From positions 768,001-832,000 of the forward strand of contig OZ242376.1 of assembly GCA_965209085.1 (NCBI GenBank): DNA of 64,000 nucleotides, given 5' to 3'. The stretch comes from Nitrosopumilaceae archaeon (lineage in GTDB: Archaea > Thermoproteota > Nitrososphaeria > Nitrososphaerales > Nitrosopumilaceae). Shown one piece after another: positions 56,043 to 64,000 of the stretch. Under the pieces are notes generated by a model. It saw nothing but the letters and a program-made list of their open reading frames with translations, ran no database searches and was not told where the DNA came from. Each line of letters begins with the position of its first letter. Position 1 is the first letter of the stretch. The position numbers and the translations under genes were made by a program.

Positions 56043-56175
56043 TTAAACATCCGTCTTGAAGTTTAATTTATGAACGTTTTGTTAATTATTCTGTAACATT
56101 TGACAATATCTGCGATTTTGGCGCATATTTGATCCTTTATCCACGCCTAGCGGGGAATGCTGCATAGATGCGCTA

Positions 56176-57407
56176 GATTCTGTGTAAAATACAGGAGATA
56201 TGCACGGATATGAAATTTTGAGAGTTTTTCTCTGATCGTTTGTACATATTGATGAAAACCCTGTAATGGTTACTCTTTTGTTTTTTTGTAACTTGTATAT
56301 TTTTTTTGTATTTGAACCAAATATTTGCATGTTTGAATATAGAGACGTTCCAGGATGCCAAAGCTGCAATATCATACGCCTTTGGATTATAATTAACACA
56401 GGGTATACTCTACAATAGGATATGTTACGCCATCAGAATTTGGTCTTGCACGGAGGATGATGATAAAATGAGCCCTCTGATCCTATCATTTTTAATGCAA
56501 AAATCGTTCTCATTGTACAGGAGTTCGCATCAACTAACAATAATTAAAACCTTAATGTGTGAGGTCATCTATTAAACGATACTGAGCACCACTTCAAAGA
56601 CGCTTTTACCATGTGATCTCCACATCAAAACGCACGTTAGATAGTTTGACATTCTTCTCATAGATTCAGATCCTCTGATCTGTCATCTTATCTTACTGCA
56701 AACCACGACATCCCGTAATGCACGTTAGGCTGCATTGTTTGTAGATGAAATGTTTTCATGCTCTATAAAGGCAAACAGATTCATCGTCGCATTCTCCAAT
56801 TGTTTGATCAAACTCTGCATTTTGGACATTTCTGCACTGCAGTATTTATCTAACATGACATCAAGTGTGTACTCAAACGCATGTCGTACACTTGCACCGC
56901 CGTGGATATTATTTTTAGCATCGTTGAACAGTATGCACAGATTCTCGTAGAGTCTATGATGTGTACTGTCATGTGGTTAACCGCCCGCAGCTTGTGCACC
57001 CAGCACCGTTGGTGCATTCCTCCAGGATCAAATCTCGCGTATACTGGATATCCGTCAGTTACTGCAACATCAAATTTGTCCATATATGCGTCCATAACAT
57101 ACGCGCCGCGACTCTTGTTCATAATTATCGCAATATTTTTCTCGTATGCGATTGTCCACACCCAAACCATCAATCCATTCAGTATGTACGAGGTCTCATC
57201 AATATTGACAAACGGTGATTGACAACTGTGTTTGTTATTGTTTTTGCCTCCGTTTTCATTAGATCCAAGGCATTTGAGATCATGTTGATTATAGTGGATT
57301 TGGCAGACCGCATGTCAGCCTCTGAAAATTCACATTTTTACCAAATATCATCAAAAAACCCCCGAAAACTCACACCTACGCCTAGCTCATGCCTATTACA
57401 CAGAACC
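56176..57407. mobile_element. Complete non-autonomous unit bounded by G(G/A)TTCTGTGTAA ends with degenerate 8-bp target duplication
   Basis: ATGCGCTA|GATTCTGTGTAA ... TTACACAGAACC|ATGTGCCA; contains IS3 right end (56342-56532) and IS66 transposase debris (about 56640-57330). Confidence 0.75.
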
Positions 57408-57450
57408 ATGTGCCAATTCGTATAAATATTATCAATGATTTAACGATCTC

Positions 57451-58557
57451 ATGGTAGGCGTAGATACTGTACTTGAAAAACTCTCATCAGTAATTGATCC
57501 AGATCTGAAAAAAGACATAGTCTCAATGGGGATGATAAAAGATCTTGAAATAGATTCAGGCCATTTGAAATTTACATTAGAGCTGACAACTCCTGCCTGC
57601 CCGTTTAATGTCGAAATAGAAGAGGATGTGCGCCGGGCAATATCTGAAATTAAAGATGTTACAAAATTTGATCTGAATGTAACTGCCAAAGTAATGGAGG
57701 GGAGATCTTTAGAAGATGATGCTGGCATGGCTACTGTAAAAAACATCATCGGCGTGGCAAGCGGCAAGGGAGGAGTTGGAAAATCCACAGTCTCATTAAA
57801 CTTGGCACTTGCATTATCTAAAACTGGCGCCAAAGTGGGACTGCTTGATGCTGATATTTACGGTCCTAGCATACCCTTGATGCTTGGAATGAAGGATGGC
57901 TCCATGCAAGTTGAAGAGAACAAACTGCAACCGGCAAAAGCTGAAGGGTTGAGCGTGGTCTCGTTTGGATTTTTTGCACAACAGGATCATCAGGCGGCAA
58001 TATACCGCGGGCCGATAATTTCAGGGATTTTGAAGCAGTTTCTTGTAGATACAAACTGGAGCGACCTTGACTATCTGCTAGTTGATCTGCCGCCAGGTAC
58101 CGGGGATATTCCGCTAACTCTTGCACAGACAATACCCATAACTGGAATACTTGTGGTTACGACCCCGCAAGAGGTGGCAAGCAGCGTTGCAGTAAAAGCG
58201 ATAGGAATGTTTGAGAAACTAAATGTGCCAATGCTTGGAATAATAGAAAACATGAGCGGTTTTGTATGCACAAACTGTAATACAAGACATGAGATATTTG
58301 GATCCGGCGGTGCAGAAAAAATAAGCGAAAAACACAAACTGCCGTTTATTGGTACAATACCTTTAACCCCTGAGATAATGTCAGGCGCTGATGATGGCAA
58401 GCCTTTACTGTTATCGGATCCGGGATCCCCTAGTTCTGTAGCGTTTGTGGATGCTGCAAAAAAAGTTGCAGCACAGTGCAGCATACTTGCAGCCAAACTA
58501 CAAGAGGAGGCAAATGCCCCCCATGCCGATAAGATACCTGCAGAGCCGGGCACATAG
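57451..58557 (+). CDS. mrp: Mrp/NBP35 (ApbC) Fe-S carrier ATPase
   Basis: N-terminal DPDL..TTPACP, SGKGGVGKS, DADIYGPS, DLPPGTGD, ENMS..CxxC. Confidence 0.95.
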   Translation: MVGVDTVLEKLSSVIDPDLKKDIVSMGMIKDLEIDSGHLKFTLELTTPACPFNVEIEEDVRRAISEIKDVTKFDLNVTAKVMEGRSLEDDAGMATVKNIIGVASGKGGVGKSTVSLNLALALSKTGAKVGLLDADIYGPSIPLMLGMKDGSMQVEENKLQPAKAEGLSVVSFGFFAQQDHQAAIYRGPIISGILKQFLVDTNWSDLDYLLVDLPPGTGDIPLTLAQTIPITGILVVTTPQEVASSVAVKAIGMFEKLNVPMLGIIENMSGFVCTNCNTRHEIFGSGGAEKISEKHKLPFIGTIPLTPEIMSGADDGKPLLLSDPGSPSSVAFVDAAKKVAAQCSILAAKLQEEANAPHADKIPAEPGT

Positions 58558-58560
58558 GGT

Positions 58561-59067
58561 ATGGCAAAACTTGCCCCCTCTCAGCGGGCAGAATTTAAAA
58601 AACCCCTAGGTGCACTAATCCCTGACGCTGAAATTACTGCAAATGCAGTTATATCGCATGCAGGTGTTGATGCATCATACATTACGGTGGGGGATGCGAG
58701 CACAGAGAGGGCATCATCGCTTGGTTTGAATGTATGCATGGAGGTTGTAGATGGCCATGAAATGAGATCTTTACGCAGTGCACCAAAATTGCGTAAAAAT
58801 TTTACAATTATACGGTGTATAAATCCTCCAGGAGAGATAACATCTGATGCTGAATCTGTAATTTGTGCAGCAATGTGTAAAATTCCTGAAATAAAAGTGA
58901 GGATACTAGTTGATGGTGAGGAGGATCTCCTGCTTTTACCCGTATGCGCCAAGGCTAAAGATGGCTTTGCTGTACTGTACGGGCAGCCAAATGAGGGTAT
59001 GGTTGTAGTGCGTGCGAATCCTACCTCAAGGAATAAGGCTAAATCCATGCTTGATTCTATGCAATAA
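58561..59067 (+). CDS. GTP-dependent dephospho-CoA kinase (DUF359)
   Basis: KKPLG, ITVGD, VVDG..R, NPPGEIT, VDGEEDL, YGQPNEG. Confidence 0.9.
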   Translation: MAKLAPSQRAEFKKPLGALIPDAEITANAVISHAGVDASYITVGDASTERASSLGLNVCMEVVDGHEMRSLRSAPKLRKNFTIIRCINPPGEITSDAESVICAAMCKIPEIKVRILVDGEEDLLLLPVCAKAKDGFAVLYGQPNEGMVVVRANPTSRNKAKSMLDSMQ

Positions 59068-59175
59068 CGGGTATGATGACCCGGTGGCTGTATGATTTGT
59101 GATTACACACCAACATGTCTGACCCATCTTTAATTCCCCATGTGGTAATAAACAAAGTATGCCATATATGGTACT

Positions 59176-59553
59176 ATGAAATTGGATCCGGATTTAAGAT
59201 TGGCAATACTTGAAAAAGTGGGCGTATACTCTGTTAGATTTTCAATCCGCGAGCCTCATACTGTGCTATCCACAAAGGAGGTTTTACAAATGCCCTCAGA
59301 GATGACCACGGGGCGGCGTACTTCAGCTTACAAGTATTACGGGGTATCTTACATGCATCATAATCTAGTGTTCATCAATGTTCGAAAGATACCTGATTAC
59401 AAGGTTTTAGAGAATACCATTGTGCACGAGCTAATCCATATGAGGTTTCCATATTTGAGTCATGGCAGACGTTTTAACTCGCTTGTAAGACGTGGTTTGC
59501 GCGGGGGAGAATTTGCCCCGTATAAGAAATATCGTAAATGTATAGAGTTTTGA
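59176..59553 (+). CDS. Small zincin-like (SprT/YgjP-like) protein
   Basis: IVHELIH..HGRRF; last codons derive from an IS66-type end. Confidence 0.7.
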   Translation: MKLDPDLRLAILEKVGVYSVRFSIREPHTVLSTKEVLQMPSEMTTGRRTSAYKYYGVSYMHHNLVFINVRKIPDYKVLENTIVHELIHMRFPYLSHGRRFNSLVRRGLRGGEFAPYKKYRKCIEF

Positions 59554-59850
59554 AGCGATTCTATCACATGATCGAGTATTTTCTATCGTGATCTTTATGG
59601 ATCTGACACAAACATGACGAATTGTTGTCCGAACGTGACCAAAATAACCACAACCAAAGGCCACTGAATCGATATTGCCGTGAGTACATTTGGGATTAAC
59701 TGGATCGTAAATGGCTAGCCCTCCAAATCCCTCTCTGAGAGGATTTTAACCAATTCTGTGTGCGGATTGTTCCCACTCATACGCATGGTCTCATAAAAGA
59801 TCAGAATGACACCAAGCCATCTTGTGCCTTTTGCGTTTTTCAATCCTCCC
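59534..59850. mobile_element. IS66-family debris
   Basis: GTAAATGTATAGAGTTTTGAAGCGATT... matches IS66 left end; minus-strand GGLKNAKG.. resembles a TnpC C-terminus. Confidence 0.7.
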
Positions 59851-59896
59851 TTTTCCCATTGTTGATTTATATTTAAGATACTGGGCGTGCGGGTAA

Positions 59897-61936
59897 ATGG
59901 ACATAACGCAAGCACTTCCTATTGTGGCGTGCGCAGTCTCGTTTGCAATCGCTGGACTTTATTCGGCATGGATCCTGCGTCAGAGTCCGGGAACGAGCGC
60001 AATGCAGGAGATTTCAGAAGCTGTACGTGTGGGAGCTGCTGCCTTTTTGCGCCGTGAGATGAAGATTATAATCCCCATAGCCATAGGATTGGCCATCGTA
60101 ATTGGCTATTTTATAGGCGTATCAAACGGTGTCGCATTTGCAGTTGGTGCATCACTATCTGCTGTTGCCGGAATCATCTCCTTGAAGATAACTGTCAAAG
60201 CTGCGGTGCGAACTGCGTATTTGACAAACAAGGGGCTTGGACGCACGTTTGCACTGGCATTTCGCGGGGGGGCCACTGTTGGATTGGCGGTTCCGGCAAT
60301 GGCGCTTTTGGCAATAACTTTGCTATATTACGTATATCCTGATCCAATTACCATCGCTGGAGTTGGAATCGGTGCTAGCCTTATTGCGCTCTTTATTCGA
60401 ATTGGCGGGGGGATATTTACAAAGGCTGCTGACATGGGGGCTGACCTTGTGGGTAAAGTGGAGGCAAATATCCCCGAAGATGATCCTCGTAATCCTGCAA
60501 CCATAGCTGACAACGTAGGAGATAACGTGGGCGATGCTGCCGGAATGGGCTCTGATGTATACGAGTCGTACATTGTAACAATGCTTGCCTCGCTTTTGAT
60601 TGCAGCTCTTATTGCAGCGCCTGAGATACTGATATATCCTCTACTTATTGCAACATCTGGAATGATTGCATCCATAATTGGAACTGCGACAATCAGATCC
60701 AAAGATGTCAAAGATGTAATGAAGCCGCTCAACCGTTCATTTTACATCTCTGCTGCCATTGCCATTGGGTTAAACTTTGCATTTACCAAATTATTCCTAG
60801 GCGATACGCCACTAGCATACGCGCTGTTTGGAACCACAGTTGTCGGGGTAATTTTGGTTCCTGTCATACAAAAGATCACAGACAGGTATACAAATCATAA
60901 ACACGGTCCGGTAAAAGAGATAGCAGCTTCTGCAAAATGGGGATACGCCTCACTTACATTAATGGGAATAACCAAAGGACTCCAGTCTACAGGTCCGTTT
61001 ATGATTGCACTAGTTGCAGCAATTATAATCTCTTATGCTATTGCATCATCTGCAGCTCCGGATCCAGAACAGGCCGTTTTATATGGAATATTTGGAACAT
61101 CACTTACTGCAATGGCAATGCTAAGTTTGGCTGGAATCGTTTTGAGCATTGATGCGTTTGGACCCATTGCAGATAATGCCGGCGGAATAGTAGAGATGAC
61201 TGCAATGGGTGAGGAGAACCGCAAAGTTACTGATGAGATTGATGCTGTAGGGAATACAACCAAAGCTGTGACCAAAGGATTTGCCATAGCTAGCGCAGGT
61301 CTTGCCGCACTTGCAATGATGCAGGCGTTCCAGTTTGAGGCAGCTGAAATCTTTGATGGAGTATTGGATTTGGATTATACCCTTACAAATCCTGCAGTAA
61401 TTATCGGATTGCTAGTCGGCGGTCTTATTCCGTTTATTATATCCGGGCAGCTAATTGCCGGGGTATCTCGGGCTGCAACAAAGATGGTTGATGAGGTGCG
61501 CAGACAGTTCAAAAACGATCCGGAAATTCTCACCGGAAAATCAAAACCAGATTATGCAAGATGCGTGGATATTGCAACAGTTGCATCATTAAAAGAGCTG
61601 TGGAAATCAGCAAGCATTGCAATCGCATCTCCCATAATCATCGGGGTACTCTTGGGTCCGACCGCTGTTGCCGGTCTTCTTATGGGCTCTGTTGTATCTG
61701 GAATATTTCTTGCATACCATCTTGTAAATACCGGCGGCGCATGGGATAATGCGAAAAAACTCATCGAGATGCAAGGTCACAAGGGTTCAGAGGAGCACAA
61801 AGTTGCAGTGGTTGGAGATATAATCGGTGATCCCTACAAGGATACTGCGGGTCCGGCATTAAACACTGTCATAAAACTGCTAAATACAGTATCCATTGTC
61901 TTTGTGTCAGCATTTGTGGCAATTTTGGTACTCTAG
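59897..61936 (+). CDS. hppA: Membrane-bound H+-translocating pyrophosphatase, K+-independent type
   Basis: GGGIFTKAADMGADLVGKVE, EDDPRNPATIADNVGDNVGD, GNTTKA (Lys signature), GGAWDNAKK, GDPYKDTAGP. Confidence 0.96.
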   Translation: MDITQALPIVACAVSFAIAGLYSAWILRQSPGTSAMQEISEAVRVGAAAFLRREMKIIIPIAIGLAIVIGYFIGVSNGVAFAVGASLSAVAGIISLKITVKAAVRTAYLTNKGLGRTFALAFRGGATVGLAVPAMALLAITLLYYVYPDPITIAGVGIGASLIALFIRIGGGIFTKAADMGADLVGKVEANIPEDDPRNPATIADNVGDNVGDAAGMGSDVYESYIVTMLASLLIAALIAAPEILIYPLLIATSGMIASIIGTATIRSKDVKDVMKPLNRSFYISAAIAIGLNFAFTKLFLGDTPLAYALFGTTVVGVILVPVIQKITDRYTNHKHGPVKEIAASAKWGYASLTLMGITKGLQSTGPFMIALVAAIIISYAIASSAAPDPEQAVLYGIFGTSLTAMAMLSLAGIVLSIDAFGPIADNAGGIVEMTAMGEENRKVTDEIDAVGNTTKAVTKGFAIASAGLAALAMMQAFQFEAAEIFDGVLDLDYTLTNPAVIIGLLVGGLIPFIISGQLIAGVSRAATKMVDEVRRQFKNDPEILTGKSKPDYARCVDIATVASLKELWKSASIAIASPIIIGVLLGPTAVAGLLMGSVVSGIFLAYHLVNTGGAWDNAKKLIEMQGHKGSEEHKVAVVGDIIGDPYKDTAGPALNTVIKLLNTVSIVFVSAFVAILVL

Positions 61937-62071
61937 ATTAGACGGTACTGATACTTGTGCTGATTGCTCTAATATTTGGCGTGCATAATGCAAAATATGG
62001 CAGATGAAAAACATCATAACGTACAATCACACTTGACTGTAAATATATAAAAAATAAAAATTATCTGTATT

Positions 62072-62341
62072 TTAAGCGCAGCCTTCCATCTTTTGGATGA
62101 AATATCCTTTTTGTTGGATTTCCTGCTCGATTGGCTCCGATGCTCCCTGGGAATGGCAAAACTTACATTCCTCGGTGGTAATTTTGGAGTCTGCCTCATC
62201 AATTGACGAGAGCCATTCTTTGGCGTATCCTAGGGCTTTGTCGTGGTCTTTTTCGCTAGTGATTACATCAAAATGCATCGTGTGGCCGTCTTTTGCTTTG
62301 ACATATGTATCATATACGTGTACTTCCATGTTGTTTGGCAT
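62072..62341 (-). CDS. DUF2024-family protein
   Basis: VHVYDTYV..G.TMHFDVI..C.FCHS..G..I.KMEGC. Confidence 0.8.
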   Translation of the reverse strand: MPNNMEVHVYDTYVKAKDGHTMHFDVITSEKDHDKALGYAKEWLSSIDEADSKITTEECKFCHSQGASEPIEQEIQQKGYFIQKMEGCA

Positions 62342-62375
62342 TTTTATTGTGGGTTATTTATATTGACAGCAAAAG

Positions 62376-62440
62376 GGCTCTGTTACCTTGGTTGGTATTC
62401 TCTGAAAGTGTGTACTTTTGGGTGTTTTACGATCAGAATA
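62376..62440 (+). mobile_element. Degenerate GGCTCTGT element end
   Basis: GGCTCTGT..GTGTGTACTTTTGGGTGTTTTACGATCAGAAT resembles 2971-3045 and 37790-37821. Confidence 0.55.
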
Positions 62441-62811
62441 ACATGGGTTTGACATTTGGTTGTGATAAGTTCAGTCCCTAGTTTTTTGCATCATGCATAT
62501 CATACATTGAAAGCAGATCTAAAAAGATCCTGGCGGTTCTACATTGGTGTAATCGTCACACTTTATCAAATGCATTGGTTTTTGGTATTTGATATATATT
62601 TTCGATTCTGACACGCATGTCTGTAGTGTTGAATATCTCGGACATTTTCTGCTCGTTTGGCGCCCTGTGGTTTAGCGTAAGATAAGCGGGCAGATAAAGG
62701 GGCGTGACTCTATGAACAGGATGTCAAACTTTCTTACCTGCATCTTGACGTAAAAGATGCCAGGGGAAAAGTGTGTTTGATGAGGTGCCAGCTATTGTTT
62801 AACAGGTGAAT

Positions 62812-64000
62812 TCATACAAATTCTTTATTCCCGGCTTGCACATTCTCATCAAGTTTGTTCCTAAACACTATCAATCTTCGCAAAGCCTCAAAGTTTGCTA
62901 TAACTGCTAGGATGATCAGAATTATGGGAATTTGATTAGTCAAAGCACCAATCGTTATGAGCAGTAACCTTACATCCCTGCCCATTCTAAACTTTGATCT
63001 TTTTGCCATATCTTCATTTTTAAAAATTGAATCATACTTGTCGCTAGTGTAGCTATTAAGAAAGCTTCCAATTAGTGCAAAAAATCCAATTATCCATATT
63101 GTAACATCCCCGTGGATACTCCAGTAACCATAGACTAATCCCAAAATAATGGCAGCATCTGCATATCTGTCTAGAACTGAATCAAGCCAACCTCCATATT
63201 TTGTCTGTCTTATCTTAAGACGTGCTACCTCCCCATCACATCCATCCACTATAGAATGGATGTGAACTAGTATCCCTCCTAAAATTAGATAAAAATATTC
63301 TCCATTAAAGAAAAATGATGCACCAGCTAAACCAATAACAAAACTCAAAATTGAGATCTGGTTTGGCGTAATTCCTGTCTTTAGCAATAACTTTGAGATT
63401 CTCAGTGAAATTGGTCTGTTGAGTATCCGGGATACTGGCCCATCTGTATCTTTTTTGAGTTTGTTGCAAATGAGCGATTCGGCATTATTTCTGTCTGTTT
63501 TATCATCAACGTCAATCCAGAAATTATCCCCAAGTGGCATATACCTCATCTTGTGCCGTTGTGCTAGAATTTTTATTCCGCCAGAAAGACCCTCATCTCC
63601 TTTGGAGATGCTTTGTTCTAATACATCAAAAATTATAGGATTACAAATGAATATCCCAGTATCTATACAGTCGTATTTACTCAGATTCTTACCAATTACA
63701 TCAATTCTATTATCAACAGTCCGAACTTTTGTAGCATCATCTATGTTTAAATGATCTTTTGGATTTTTATCAACGCAAAGAATACATTCATCATTTTCAA
63801 TATTTGTTGTTAATAAACGATTTAATATTCTGTGGTCATAGTTGTGATCAGCCATTAATAGTACAAATGATTCTTTAAAATGATCTCTGGCCTTTAGAAC
63901 TGAAATACCATTGCCTTGAGCCCATTGGTCATTTTGAACGTACTGTATCTTTACACCATATTTTTTTCCATCAGAGAGACGTTCTTTGATCTTTTCACTA
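62812..64000 (-). CDS. Bifunctional NTP-transferase / CDP-alcohol phosphatidyltransferase (IPCT/DIPPS-like); 5' end outside window
   Basis: GNGISV..MADH..DATKV..IGK..DTGIF..WIDVD; DGPVSR..NRPIS, TPNQIS, DGCDGEVAR..GGWLDSVLDRYAD. Confidence 0.88.
   Translation of the reverse strand, partial: SEKIKERLSDGKKYGVKIQYVQNDQWAQGNGISVLKARDHFKESFVLLMADHNYDHRILNRLLTTNIENDECILCVDKNPKDHLNIDDATKVRTVDNRIDVIGKNLSKYDCIDTGIFICNPIIFDVLEQSISKGDEGLSGGIKILAQRHKMRYMPLGDNFWIDVDDKTDRNNAESLICNKLKKDTDGPVSRILNRPISLRISKLLLKTGITPNQISILSFVIGLAGASFFFNGEYFYLILGGILVHIHSIVDGCDGEVARLKIRQTKYGGWLDSVLDRYADAAIILGLVYGYWSIHGDVTIWIIGFFALIGSFLNSYTSDKYDSIFKNEDMAKRSKFRMGRDVRLLLITIGALTNQIPIILIILAVIANFEALRRLIVFRNKLDENVQAGNKEFV

Noticed and set aside
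56100-56175. Possible tRNA/ncRNA between rpoE1 and the element
   Set aside because: No cloverleaf or T-loop GTTCRA motif found.

Overview
This looks like an ammonia-oxidising archaeon of the Nitrosopumilaceae (Nitrososphaerota), inferred from Rpo7/Spt4, deoxyhypusine synthase, NadX, DPCK and thaumarchaeal-type secreted proteins. IS expansion, a serpin and a giant surface protein suggest a host-associated (possibly sponge) lifestyle, which is inference only. Core genes lie at 1-2.9 kb (uvrA, uvrC, cupredoxin) and 48.6-62.3 kb (dys, purC, nadX/nadA/nadC, rpoE, mrp, DPCK, hppA). They flank a ~45 kb AT-rich accessory island packed with IS3, IS5, IS630, IS66 and IS481 elements and fragments. The island cargo includes defence-type nucleases (TM0106-like, HEPN, PD-(D/E)xK, OLD, NurA, truncated C5-MTase and TIGR02391-like genes) and secreted proteins. 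The most notable signal is an unannotated family of long transposon-like ends starting GGTTCTGT, with 8-bp target duplications. At four separate genes these ends sit exactly 13 nt upstream of a TATA-like box. They also occur head-to-head around the same 8-mer (TTTGACCG) found at the island's left junction. This suggests a promoter-targeting element that stacks cargo units in tandem at one site. A second repeat family (TGTATGAGGTCA; ~80-bp hairpins) borders several cargo genes. I saw no CRISPR array, tRNA, rRNA or integrase gene. All calls are by eye; no searches were run.
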